A DNA stretch of 64,000 nucleotides from Klebsormidium nitens (lineage: Eukaryota > Plantae > Klebsormidiophyceae). Made by a program: the position numbers and the translations under genes. The stretch is from the NCBI GenBank assembly GCA_000708835.1, contig DF236971.1:62001-126000 (forward strand). Reading direction: 5' to 3'. The notes under the pieces were generated by a model. It did no database searches. It worked only from the letters and a program-made list of their open reading frames with translations, and had not been told where the DNA came from. Below, piece by piece: positions 26,498 to 40,000 of the stretch (its first letter is position 1; each line of letters opens with the position of its first letter).

Positions 26498-27357
26498 GTA
26501 CTGTGTTCAATTCTGCTGATACCTTGTTGCAGATGAATATGGTACATACATATTCTAGATGTATGTAAACAAAAAATACATTTAGAAGGCTTAGAACGGC
26601 TATCCTTTGGGGCTGAATTTGTAATATACTCGGTCTCTGCATAAGGCGGTGACCCGAGGACCCAATGTCTTACCACGTTTCTGCGATTGGAGTCATTAGA
26701 ATAATGCAGATCATGTCATGCATGATCTCATCGTGTTTCCATAATAGTCGTTTTTATGAGTTGCATTATGCATTCTGACCCCATGTCAATGTATTTCAGA
26801 CACCATGCATGCAGCATGCATAAAAGCCAGACGTTTGACTTGTTTCTCCGGTGCTTACGATGCCTCGACATACCATTCCCAAACGTGCTGAGATTTGGTA
26901 ATGTGATGCAATCTTCACCCTTCATAGAAATGAAAGCCTGCATGAATATTCTTCTAGGAGCAGTTGTTGTCAGGTCTTGTCCATTACTGCTTGCATCCTG
27001 GCGCACGTATGGAATATAACAAAAGCTATCACACTATACGGTACATGTCTGGACTTCAGAGAAGACACAGTACTGTACGTGGACCAGCGGGACGTTACAT
27101 TACAGCTAGTACAGCCCCAAAATGAAGGGTCTTCCAAACAATGAACTTTAGCCGACTAACTACTACTCTAACCCCACCGCGACATTCCACGGGGTAAAAT
27201 CGTTCGGTGCATCCAAAGATTTCAATGCACCGGTTCGCTCCTGTTCAAGCACCTCTAACAGCCGGCAACTACGTTGCATAAGAAAGGCTGGGTAATCTTA
27301 TTCTCAAACATTTTTGTTTGATCAAGCTACGAATCATTGCCAGTGGACAAATAGAAG

Positions 27358-29013
27358 CTAGTCCACGCTCCGCTGCCTTACTGCAGAGTCCACGTCGAAC
27401 GCGCCATCCTGCATGTCAACGAGGCTGGGCTTCTTGTACGACCTGCAAGAGAGGGGCAGTAATGATCTGAACTGACGCCCCTATTTTCTAACTCAAGAAA
27501 GGGATCAGAGGCTAGAACTGGGTACGGATTGTCTGATAAGATGAGAATCGAGTCCTTTTTCGGACCAACGTGTCTTCTTGAGGACCCCGATTTGTGAAGG
27601 CATCGTGACTGTCAATGCTGCTTCACCGATTGCGAAGTCGGTCTTGACAGCAGTCCACCACTTTGGTAAGTAAAGAACAAAAAGCACTACTTGAAAGCAC
27701 TACAGCAGCTCTTGCGGAGCGCTCAGGAGCTACGTCTTTTAGTGTCTCAAACATTACCTGAAGAAGTTGTAGGCCCAGTACGCGAAGAACAGGCAGGTTG
27801 CCGCGGCGACCGACAGGCCTGCCAGGATGGGCGGGGTCGCCAGAATCAGTCCCCCGACCGGGATCCAGATGGGGCTCGTGATGGTGGCGATGAAAATGAG
27901 GACCGGGCTGAAGAAGATGAGCAGGCCGCCGCCGATGAAGAGGACAGGGAGACCGATCACCACTGCAATAGGCACAGATGAGAGCATTATGAGAAGCTTA
28001 AGCTCGAGAAACTTAATTGTCCTTTAAAGAACAGCAGGGTGATCTTCTTGGTCTCAATGGTTACTTCGATGATTAGCAGTCGGAAGGCAAACCCTAGAGC
28101 AGGAACTAGGCATTTGAAGAGAGACTGGTTTGAATCTCCAAGACGCTTGATGCATATGCGGAGTTTGCAGTGGTCGGCCAGAAGTTTGGGGGACCGCAGA
28201 TAAAGATGAGGAGCTAGTATTTGCATGCAATCCAAACATGCGAAACGGGCTGAGAGGGAATCAGTCTTCGCGAATAGTGTTGAACAGTCTCTTCTGCAGA
28301 TCCCCGATTTTTGGAAAAGGCCTGTACTGCTCCTCTGATATAGGAATGGAAAACGGACGGAAAATGAATTAAAAGCAGAGAAATTTCGAAAGTGCTTGTC
28401 AGGCCTTATTAGAAGTGTGTGAAATTAACACAATTCAAAAGAGGTAAACCATCCGTAACAAAGGCGGCCTCACAAAAAGCGAGAAGAGCGCCTCCGCCGA
28501 TGGTGAGGATCGTCCCCGCAACTATTATCCTGCAAGGAGGAGAGACGTTGTCGAGCTCTTGGTGGTCAAGATCTGAAGCCAAGAAAGAAAAATAGCCGCT
28601 AGGTCTAGCTCTCTGCGCCAAAGAATTAGCAATCTAGAAAGAAAATTTGGGGTCTTGATCTTCGAGAAGAGAACGTCCTCGCGATTTTTGACGAAGGTAG
28701 CAGATTATTTTTCTGGGCCAAAAAGGAAACGACGTCTGATTCCAAATCCTGACTAATGGCTGCGAACAAAGACAGGCTACGAGGAGCACAATTGAGCCTC
28801 TGGATGTGTGCCTCTTTTTGGCTCAAGTTTACGATTGTGGATCAAGCAGCGAACCTCTTACCTGAACACCCAGATGTCTCTGGGCCTCCACTTCTTGGCG
28901 GTCGGCCCGTTGTCCTTGGGGACGTTCGCCATGGCGCTCGCGTTGGGGAACGATCTCCGCACTTGCAGCACTTTGGCCAACGGCGCTTCCACCTCAATCG
29001 GAGAAGCTTTCAT
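27358..29013 (-). CDS. Oleosin-like lipid-droplet protein, 4 exons, ~165 aa
   Basis: Exons 29013-28862, 28529-28474, 27962-27758 and 27442-27358 are phase-consistent. The protein has an ~86-residue uncharged hairpin (IIVAGTIL...WAYNFF) containing FSPVLIFIATITSPIWIP, a proline-knot-like motif, flanked by short charged termini. Confidence 0.78.
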
Positions 29014-31098
29014 CCGTCAAAAGTTGGAAGCAGGAGAGAAAGCTGGAAGCAGAGGAAAACGTCGGAAGCAGGGGGGAATATGTGGAGGCGGAAAAGAAGG
29101 GTTTCTGAGAGTTGACAGGAATGATGTCAAGTGCGCTCAAGCCGAGGGTAAAAGGCTGCAAGTCGACGGCAGGAACGTTGTTCGTTTTCTCAGCTGTGTG
29201 CCCATGGTTTCTGACCTGACGATGGTCACTTGGCTATGCCTCGATCTCGGGAGTCGTTCTTGACCTCTACAATAGGTGCCATGGCTTACGAGCTTCTAGT
29301 ACAAGAAAAGTACACCAATCAGGGAGCTTGCTGGTCAATCCAGGTCCCAAGCTGACTCGGCAAGTCGATGAAGGGTGCTTCGAGCATATAGTACGTTTCA
29401 GAGATGCATTCAAGTGCTCCGAACTCCATCTCGCAATGGATCTGCAAGAAGAATGGACCTTATAACATGGCAAAACGAATCTCCATAGGAAGAGAAGCAT
29501 TGAACTATCACTAACGAGAAGCAGATACAATGCAATGGACTTTCCCCTCCTGGTCCTTGATACCTTCCGTATCTTGTCTGTGTTGGCGGATTGAATCAAG
29601 GGTGTCCGAACTTGGAGCGTACTGAATTGTTTGCGCACAACGAGGGTACATGTAGTCTTTGGAATATCTGGCAGGACTTCAGCTTCAAAGAGGAAGATCT
29701 CGCTGGTGGCAAATCTAGCGTTTTCTGCATCGAGTCGACCAGACCCCAGGTAGGATCTCGAACTCTTGGTATAATGGGGGTGGCCAACCTCTCAAGATCG
29801 TCCACGGCCCTTTGAAGGCTCCCTTCGAATCTTCAGGATCGAGGTCGAGAGCCTAGAAGGCTTCCGATTCACCAAGGTGGAACGCTTAAAGTTCTACGTT
29901 GAGATGGACTCTGCCTAAGGTACGGTTGGGATTGGTTTGGAGTTCCGTTTGAATACGGAAGCGGAGCATGTCAATTTCAGTTCAGGATGTTGCAAGTATT
30001 GCCTCGGCCACTGAAATCATCTCGATGCAAGTTCTCTAAAGCCAGGTTTGAGATCACACACGTGAGTGTGAGGACTTTATCTAGACCGCTCGATTGGTGG
30101 ATATGTTCTAGCTAGTTGCCAACAAACAATCACAAAGATGACGGAATCACTCCGAACCGTCAGCACTGATTGGAGGACGAGGATCAAAGAGCCGTCCTCG
30201 GGACTATCGTCCATATGGGCCAAGGGCGCGTATAATCGTCATCAGGTTACCGGTATTGCATCGATTGAGGCTGGGCCTTTGAGCCGTACTTGTGGATCTT
30301 CTGCTTGTTCAAATCAGGTCAGCGCTTTTATCGGTCAAAGCCGCGCTAAGCCTTCACCTTGATGAATGCATAGTTGGAGACGTGACGCTGGCAACTTGCT
30401 CGTCTGTGAGCGGATCGAGGCCGAACACAACAACCGAACGCAAGCGCACACCGCACCGCGTGTTCAATGCTTTGATCGATGTCCAAGGTTGGCCAGCCGA
30501 AAGTTCATGTGCAGCTTATAGAAGATCGAGGGATCCATGGCATATCTAATATGTGAGCATGAGCTATATACGTACACTGCGCATGCAGAGCGCATTGCCG
30601 GGCAAATAATCCAATTGAGTTGTCACACTCAAGTGCCATCGTACTAATTGTTCGGGGCGGCCTAATGGAATGATACCACCACATTCCGGCACTCGATGCC
30701 AATGACGCCGGCCAGCTAGCTGCGACCGCATGGCCAGGCTAGCTTATGGTTATAACCATTTTAGGATCCGAGCAAGCTAGCAAGACTTAGAGAAGTCTTA
30801 GGTTGACTCCGCAGCCGACGGTGCTCAGTGCATGAATACCATGCAGCCGCCCGGTGAATCACATTGCTAGCTCTCGGAACAATGTCTTAGGCGGGGGAGA
30901 GGTTACATCAATGCTACTCTCGACCATGCATCTGTGCCGGGTATTATGTAGTTTTACATGTCACTGGAGCGACGTTGTGAGAGATTGTTAAGCCGCTGCC
31001 GTGTTCATATGTATGTATTTGTGACGAGTATTCAGGTTACAGTATGACAAGCAAAATCGTCTGTAAAAAAAAAAACTCTCCAATAAGCTAGCCTACTG

Positions 31099-34000
31099 TC
31101 ACCTATACGGCTGCATCTCCACGATCCCGTCCCCCCGAAGCTCTCCATTCCTCTCATACCCATTACCCGCAACCTCTTCCTCCAAAGCGCCCATGCTTTC
31201 AAGCCGCCCGTTACTCGACCGCTGACTCGTCAACGACCCATTCGGCAAAACGATTTTCTTCATTTTCGGCGCCGGCGAGTGCATTTGCCGCAGCTCGAAC
31301 GACCGTTGCTGCTCGAACGACTGCCGTTTCAGTCCGAGCAAAGACGAGCCGAACCGGCCCCGAGACTGCGGCCGCGCCGGCGGGGCCTCCTCCGCTTCGG
31401 GGGACAGCTGGGGCGCAGCCAGTTTGCCCCTCCGGGCCTTGTGGGCGATCTCCTGCACGATGTTGGTGTCCTCGGGGCGCCGCATCCTGGGAGATAACCA
31501 TAGGCGCTGATCAGCAAAGGTCAAAAACGAATTCTCCGACTAAAAACGTTACCTTAAGATGTAGGAGACAGGTGCTCGAGACTAAAAGAACCACAATAAT
31601 CTAGTCAAGCCCTGCTGATGACGAGAGCAAGCTCCAATCGGGGCCTAATCTTGGAGCGGGTCTGCTGCTGTGTTTCCCGCGAGCTCCGACACCAAAACCT
31701 TGCTGAATCGGCTCAACAAAGGTCCAGCAACCGTGGCGCTGCAACCCCGCCGCGCCAACGAACAGCAAGGTGACACTTTACAACCAGCAAACATCGACAT
31801 TTCATCGTCTCGTGCCTTCTAAGGATCACGCCCTCTCGACAATCTGATCAGCACCGAGCTCAGGAAGCTGCACAATGCAAAAGCTGCACCAGTGAGCGAA
31901 AGCACCAAGACGTCAGATCCCGGATTTGATAACCGCTCTAGCCTAAACCTTCAGATGGCCTAATGAAACGCCCGATCACTCACCAGATATAACTCCGCGT
32001 TGCAAAGTCTGGCAGTAGCGCCGCAACGGTCAGCAGCAGGACCATTACGTAGAATGACGGCGCCTTAGCGACGATTCCCTGGAAGATGCCGTAGCCCTCG
32101 CCGGACCAGGCGACGGGGAACGCGCTGAGAACTAGAAGGAAGAGAATGTAGACGATGATGGAGCCCCAGATGGCCAGGTGGTGGATCCACGTCCAGTACT
32201 GGATGATGGCCGCGAGCTGCAGGTTGGCGATAACCACCACCGCGGTAAACCTGGGTTTAAGGAAGGGAAGATGGTGGTTAGAAGAGGGAAATTGGGACTT
32301 TTCACAACTTGAAGTTCGAAACGAAGGTGATGTCAGAACTCAGTATCAGATGATGACCGCAAGCGGATGTGGCAATCAAACACCGCCGCAGTAAACCTGG
32401 GTTAACTAAGGGTGGAACGGTGATCAGAGGAAGGGATGTGGGACTTGACGCTAGACGAACTTTGTAAACGAGACAAGTCGAAAGGTGACGTTACGTCCAA
32501 TGCTGGATAAGGACCGCAGGCTGGAATATGGCGATGACTACCCGGCGCTAGACCTGGGTTAAGGAAACCGTTGAAGGGTGATTGGAAAAAGGTGCATAGT
32601 ATTTTAGGGTACGTGAAAGAGACGAAAGAGAAGGTGACGTCGCGTCCAACACTGGATGATAACCGCGAGCTGGAGGTTGGCGTTGATTACAACCGCGATA
32701 AAGCTGAAGGGGAGGGGCCTGCTAACCAAGGCAGTAAAGGAACGGTCTTACGCGATGCGAAATGACTCTTATTTTTAGATTGCAAGGATCTTTGTCCAGT
32801 ACTGGACAGAGACCGCCGGCTGTTGATTGTCACTTATCAGCACTGCCGAAAATTTGGGTTGACTTTTGGACAACTCGCTGTGCAAAACAAGTCTCGGCTT
32901 CGACAGCAAGTAACAAAGGAGATAGGTGCAGATAGCGTTGAGGAGTCAAGGAGCATCGGGCGGCCAGCTGCGCTGGCTTGAGCAGCGCTAAGATGCTTAG
33001 GGCTGGCAAAACAAATCTGGCTGGGATCAGCTTAAGGCTCCAAGGACAGATCCGGAGGGGACGGCAAGGCTCGTAGAGCATAACATCGAAAAAGAGCCCG
33101 ATTGACGGCTTTGATTGAACACCTGGTGACACCACCGCAAACTCTGCGTAAGCCCTCGGAAAGCACACGACTTAGGGAAGCTTCAAGCGTGTCTCCAGCG
33201 CTCAAAAGTGCATCATTAGTTATTTAGACGGCAACCCTCTGTACTCCTTGTGGAGATCTGGACAGTGAGAAAGGAAAAGCCGTAACCCTAGAATCTTAAA
33301 AAGCCTCCTGAAAAGCTCAAGAAAGGAGCCGCTCACAGTGTGGTGCCCTCCGCGTACAGGTCCATTATCTTCCCGTCGCTCATGTTGGCTTGCAGCCGGT
33401 AGTAGCCCAATGCGAGCCAGAACACGATTATGGCCTGCGGAAATGGAGCGCCAGCTTAGTCCGCGAGTAACGTGCTCCCGACTTCTTCGGAAGGTTGGTC
33501 GGTGAGAGGATAGAGGGCGCTGAGGAGATGTTTGCAAACAAGACGGGAAACTGGTCGAGTGAGCCAGTAGGTTCTTAGAAGCATCCGCCGGAAAGAGGTC
33601 TGCCCCTCCGTTGTATCAGAGGAGTACGTTTACGTTTGGATACCAAAATCAGTCACGACAGGAGACTGGAGAAAAGGGGAAAGCGGTCAACGAAACGCCA
33701 GCGTTCATTCCTAAAGTACTATGCGAACGAAACTCTTCGGCCGCTGCTTCGAGTAACGGAGAGCTGAGAAGGAAAGGTAATCATCTTGGTGGCAGTATAA
33801 CATTAAGAAAGAATATAGCTGCTTACCGATGGCGTTTACATAATCGAATTGATATGGAAAAATTAGTTATTGTAAATTGGATAAAATTTCAATTGATGAC
33901 TATAAAAAGTTAATCCTTTTTGCTTTGCGACGAGGATATTCCTTTTGTCATCGAATTCAAACCAAGAAGTCGGGTACATTAAGAAGACTTTCAACGACAC

Positions 34001-37000
34001 TCAGGCAGTATTACACATCCGCTCGTATCAGAAACTCTGAACTTCACTGCCATAGAACTCAAGCAGGAGCGGCGACCAAAAAACCCTAGCTTCGAACACG
34101 ATATCACCCCAGAAAAGGTTGTCTGAGCAGATCAGGCGCCCAGGCAACAGAGCATCGAGACAGCCAAAGCAAAAATAAAATCGAAACCCAGCCGTAACCC
34201 TCGGGCGAAACCCAACCAGACTACATTCCTTACCTGTACAAGGCCGTTGAGCAGCCACGACGCAATCCGGAACCACGAGAAGTCCAGGTTGATCTGCCCC
34301 GGACGGTAGAGTCCGGGAAACTTTAGCCGGTAGCGAGGGGAGACGTCTTGGTCGATACAGGCGACGACACCGATGGGTATGCTGGTGAAGACGACGTTGT
34401 AAAGGGAGAGGTACCAGTCGTGGTAGATGGACTGGCCGGAAAACATGGCGTAGCCGTTGCCGAAGAAGACGGTGAAGCCGAAGAGGAAGTTCTTGTAGAA
34501 GAAGTACGTGATCTGCAAGCGAAGGGAATATGAGGATGTTCGGCGTTCAAGAGAGCAGGCTTTCAGATCCCTCTGAGACATGGTAGTTGGCCAAGAGGCC
34601 GTGGCTAACACCGAAGAAGGCGGTAAAGCCAAGGAGAAAATTCTTGTAAAGGAAACATATGAATGCAGGAACAGACATTTAGACTCTGGCGTATCGGGGT
34701 CTCGTACTGAAATTTTGATCGCCTTCTGGCAGATACGGTGTCAGCACGGGTAGGGGTTCACTGTCGTGACAAACGAACCATTGGAGTAGCCACTGCCGAA
34801 AAAGCAATCAAACGTTGAAGAGAAGTTCCTTGTGAGCAGAGCAAGCGGGAACCGAACCTTGGCATTAGATCTCTGGAGATGCAACTCCAGGACCCCGCAT
34901 CCCAGATCAGTCCTGAACACCATCTCTAGACAATAGATCCTCATAGCGCATACCGTACCGATTGTCCAATTGGGCAGATTCTTGCCCAAATATAAATCTC
35001 GTATGCTATGGAATTTGGGCAGCTTCATTTTACTAATTTATTTTGTTTTCGTACGGGGCAAACCGAGTTGCCACTTTGATATTGTAATTTATTTTGCATT
35101 CAAAGTTTTGGGCAAGTCAAGGAAAAAAAGAATTGTTGCCCAACCGGACAATCGGTACGGTATTCCAGGGAGTCTAAGCCAGCGCCTCACCATGCGCGAA
35201 ATGCGCTTGTAGGACCAACCCCCGTGCACCAGTACCAGCCGCTCCAGGAAGCGGAACTGCGCGATGGCGAAGTCGGAGGACATGACCGCCTGCTGGCCCT
35301 CGAAGCCGCTGATGCCCACGCCCACGTTGGCCGCCTGGATCATGCCCACGTCATTCGCGCCGTCGCCAACGGCCAGGCAGATCTCGCCCGCGTCGCGGCG
35401 CACGAGTTGTGTCACCTGAGGGAAAGAGCGCGTCGAGTGAATCTCTGATGGAAAGGAGCGCATCGAGTGAATCTCTGGCTTCATTTTCCTTTCAAATGGG
35501 GAATTTGGTCTTGATAAAGCAGAAAATATCGCCAGAGTCGTCCTGGGCCTCAGACGAAGCCTACGTGGTCAGCGTTGTGGCAAGCAGGATTTGCGCGCGT
35601 CCTTCTTCTGTTCGCGCTTTCCATCATCAAAGTTGGACTTCCTGGCGGGACTGACAGCGTCGCTTACAACTTAGAACTGGCATTCTGACTCACTTGCTGG
35701 CAGAGTCGGGGAAGTTAAGGGACCGTTGGTTGTTTAGTGCTCTGCACCAGCTCTGCAAGAGCCACGGGCTTCAGCTACGAGACACAGTCGTATGGATGCT
35801 GTGACTCTTGGTGCGCACCTCCGATGCTCAAGCGACCAACAGAACACACGACTTGGCAACCAGTACACTCTTCCAAGCAAGTTGATTTAAGCAAAAGCAC
35901 CTCGTTGAATTCCACAAAAACATCTCGTCAAAAGGCACAAACGGAGCCTCAGCGCACCTGCGACTTTCGCATGGGCGACACGCGCCAGCAGATGAACGGC
36001 CTCCTCGTGCTAAGAATCTCCGAGTCAATCCTTGAGAAAGATGATCAAGCTCCTAAACCATCCCTTTCAATATCAAAAACAGAATCCCAAGCGCACCTGC
36101 GACTTTTGCATGGGCGAGACGCGGCAGCAGATGACGGATTCGCAGAGCATGGCCAGCTGGAGGAAGCCCGCCTTGGCGCCCGGGTCATCGAAGATGGCCA
36201 GCAGCGACTTGCCGTCCACGATCAGCCCGTTCGAAGCCGCCTCCCCCGCGAGGCCCACCGACTCGGCGGCCGCGCCGCTGCGCAAGCTGTCCAAAGCGTC
36301 CCTGATCTGGCGCAGAACGCACTTTACGGACGCCTGCACGGATTGGCAAGTTTAGCATAATGGAAGGGCAGCGAGCCGGGAAGGTTGTCTGAGGCGTCCG
36401 CAATCCGGCGCAGGACGCACTTTATGGATGCCTGCGCGGAATGCACAACTTTTCTCATATGGAAGGATCAGACGGCTACAGTCAGCCAGAAGTTCAGGTT
36501 GCGCAAGCTGTCCAAAGCGCCCGCGATTTGGCGCAGGACGCACTTGACGGACGCCTGCACGGGAGGAAGCAGATCTTGGGATTCGGAGAGACCGATCAAT
36601 TGCCATCGAATCCTTGACCTTTTGCAGTGGGGCTTTTGATCTGGTCTTCTGAGGCGTCTACAAAACTCCAAGCGCAATTAGACCACAGAGAGACCTACAC
36701 AAAAAGTGCAAGAGGGAAACACCGTAATCAGAGGACCGAAGACTAGGTTGTAAGGTCGGCGTACAAAACACAAGTTAACGACCAATTTCACCAGAGAAGT
36801 GGAACTTATAAACCCTACAGTCCGGACTGGAACGACGAAGAAGAAAACAGTGATGAACCTTACCCCTCCTTAATCTTTGCGGCATCTTTGGTTGCTTCCG
36901 CCCCGTGCACTGGCAGGTCCCCGGTGTCGAATAAAATTTCTGACGGGAAGGAGAAACCCTTTCTCGATAATGAAGCGTCAACCGCAGGGGACAGAAAAGA

Positions 37001-40000
37001 AGGACAAAAAGGAAGGAAAAAAGGGGACCGGAAAAAGGAAACCGCCCAGCGCCCACCTGCTTGATAAGCGCGGCGTCTTTGGTGGCCTCCGCCTCGTGCA
37101 TCTCCGGGTAAAGGCACCGGCTCACTTATCAAGAGATTATAGACCTGGGATTTGAATCGTAAGCTTTTGAACCCCTTAAAGCATAAAACCCTCGACGAAG
37201 AAGATAACACCCGACGACCACCCACCTCCTTAATCTTTGCGGCATCTTTGGTGGCTTCCGCCTCGTGCACCTCCGGGTAAAAGCAACAGCTCAGTTCTTC
37301 GAGACGATATTCGGTGTCGAACAAACTTGGACCAGAAATCATCTCCTCTCCGAGCCAAAAAGCATAAACCCTAGACGAAGGAAAATAACAGCAAGTCACC
37401 ACCCACCTGCTTGATGAGCGGAGCGTCCTTGGTTGCCTCCGCCTTGTGCATTTCCAAGTAAACCGCACCAGCTCAGTATTTAAATAGATATGAACTAGAT
37501 CCTGAAACCTATTTACACAAGCATACTATTCAAAAACCTTTGATGAAGGAAAACGAACTGATGATGATTACCCACCTCCTTAATCTTTGCGGCGTCTTTG
37601 GTGGCTTCCGCCTCGTGCACCTCCGGGTGGTCCAGCGTGAGGATGTGCTTGCCCATGTTGTGCCGCAGCAGGCTGCACGCGTACCCGATGTTGATTGCCG
37701 TCTCCATCTTGTCGCCCGTCAGCACCCACAGCTTGATGCCCGCCTTGGCCAGCTTGTCGATCGTCTGGGGGACGCCCACCTGTCGAGAAGAGAACACGTG
37801 GCACATGATTCAGATCGCAGCAGCTTGCGGGTGTAGTGTTAAAGCTTTGACGTTCTCACAGTGGCTTAGAATTCCCTTCGTTTTCTTTTTATGCCCGCTT
37901 TGGCCAGCTTGTCGATCGTCTGGGGGACGCCCACCTGCCGGAGAATGGGACAGGTCATTGTCGGTCAGGAACCAACACAGAACCGCTTGCGAGTGAAATG
38001 CTGAAGTTTCAGTTTCGCTTGAGTTCGAGCAGTTCCTCCAATTTCTCGTTTCAATGCCCGCTCTGCTCCGGTTGTCGATCAATTTGGACGACGCCCACCT
38101 ACCAGAGAGTGAACACGTGGGGCACTGTACGTGATTTGTAATAATTGCAAAGTGTTCAACCAAAGAGTTGGCTCTTTTTCGGTGCCCGCCTTGGCCAGCT
38201 TGTCGATCGTAAGGGGCACGCCCACCTGCCGGGAAATGGACACGTTACACATGGTGAGATACTTGAAAAGCTGCAAGTGTATCGTTCTGAGACTGTAACT
38301 CTTCTCGCTTAGCAACTTTGCCATTGCGTAGCTCGTTTGAAAAATATACACACGGCAATGAGAAACATGTAGCGCGTAACCGTCCTCAACTCTGCGAGAA
38401 TGTCGGACGTCGTATTGACTGCGATTTGAACAACCCCGGCTCACTCCTCTCGCAGTGCCCGCCTTGTTGTTAGTCAAAAGGACTTCCGAGCCGACAATAA
38501 AGCGGACAAGTTGCGAAAGATGAACTGGTCTCGGGCGCCTCCCAGACCAAACAACCCAAAGTTGAGCTTCACACACGAGAGACTAGATACTCCACAATGA
38601 AATTCTTGCACCCCAGCGATCACCGCACTCATCTGAATTTCCTCACCTGCAGGTTATCCTTACCCGATTTGTCCCCAGTGTCAGATCGCGCTCAAAAGTG
38701 TCGGACGGAGAATTGTCAGACTGGAACCCAGACCCTCCAAGTTCACAATCAATAAAACCCTCAACCTGATTTGTCGGTACAACTCCTCACCTGCAGCTTA
38801 TCCCCAAACGCCGTCGCCCCCACCAGCGTCCAATCTCGCTCGATAGTAACCGACAGCGCCCCCATTTCTTATGGATTGGAACTTCGAGATTCGAAAATAC
38901 TGTCGACAAGACCTCAAAAACTGGAACTTAACAAGTCCTCACCTGCAGCTATCCTCAATCGCCGTCGCCCCAACCAACGTCCAATCGCGCATCAGTAACC
39001 GAAGCGCCCCCAAACTCTGAATCTGGAACTTAAAAATTCAAACATACCATCGACAAGACCTCCGAAAGTGAAACCCCAACAAATCCGTACCTGCAGCTTA
39101 TCCTCAATTGCTGTCGCCCCGACTAGCGTCAGGTCCCGCTCGATCTCGTCAGCCAGCACCCCCAGCCGCTTGGCGGTCTCCGCGGCGCTGCTGACGTCAT
39201 GCTTGGCGCCCCGCCACCGGACGGCCCACTCTTGGTACTCGGACTCGTCCAGTTCTCGGTACGCCAGCGCGAGCGTCCGCAGGCCGGCCTCCGCGTACTG
39301 GTCGATATGGTCCTCAGTCACACGCCGGAACTCCTGCAAGACGTTACAATACTCGATTGGGCCAGAGTCGCACATCGGTTTGAGCGAAGATTCTTAAGGG
39401 ACTCTGCTTTGCTTTTCAACGAGCTGATTCATTTGGACGTTGCTGGCGAGTTAGCGAACATAGGGTAATGTGAGGCACTTGTTTTCTTTTGTTGTGCCCC
39501 CTTTTTTTGCACTTGTTCTCTTCGGTTGTGCCCCCTTTTTTGGATCTTGTCAACAAGGAATCCAGACTCTGCAGCCACTTCCGGCAGTCACCGTCCCAGC
39601 CCTGGAAACCAGCAACCGCAAATCGTTCCCAAGTCAAATGGTGCTTTCCGGGAGAGATTTAGTCGCCAAGTCTTAGGGGACGACCCGAAGGAGATTTGCG
39701 CCGTCCTTGACACTCTTGTTCGTAGCAAAGATGTGCCAGAAAGCATTCGTGCAAGCAAAGGAACAACAGGGTTCAAAGGGAACATCAGATGGGGCGACGC
39801 TTCCAAAGGAACAAGGAGCATTCAGAAGAGCGAACCAGGAAACCTCCTACGTCAAACGTCCTCGATCAGGCCGATCTGGTCATGCGACGCAGAGACAGCC
39901 ACAGCCTGAGCCGTACCTTCGCCTTGTCGTTTGCCGCCAGGAGCTCAAAGATGATGGTCTCAGCGCCCTTGGACAGCAGGAGCGATTTGCCGCCCGGGTC

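Noticed and set aside
36775-38163. ORFs repeating [14 protein letters not shown] and [12 protein letters not shown], suggesting a repeat protein or tandem paralog
   Set aside because: The copies are out of frame with each other, contain stops and cover only exon ends. They are better explained as intronic echoes.
32190-39150. CRISPR-like repeat-spacer appearance of the echo arrays
   Set aside because: Eukaryotic context, repeats are degenerate copies of adjacent exons, spacers are ~100 bp and mutually related, and there are no cas genes.
39600-39880. Faint similarity to ALA exon 6 (GGCAAATCGCTCCTG) in the downstream intron
   Set aside because: Identity too low to count as an echo by eye.
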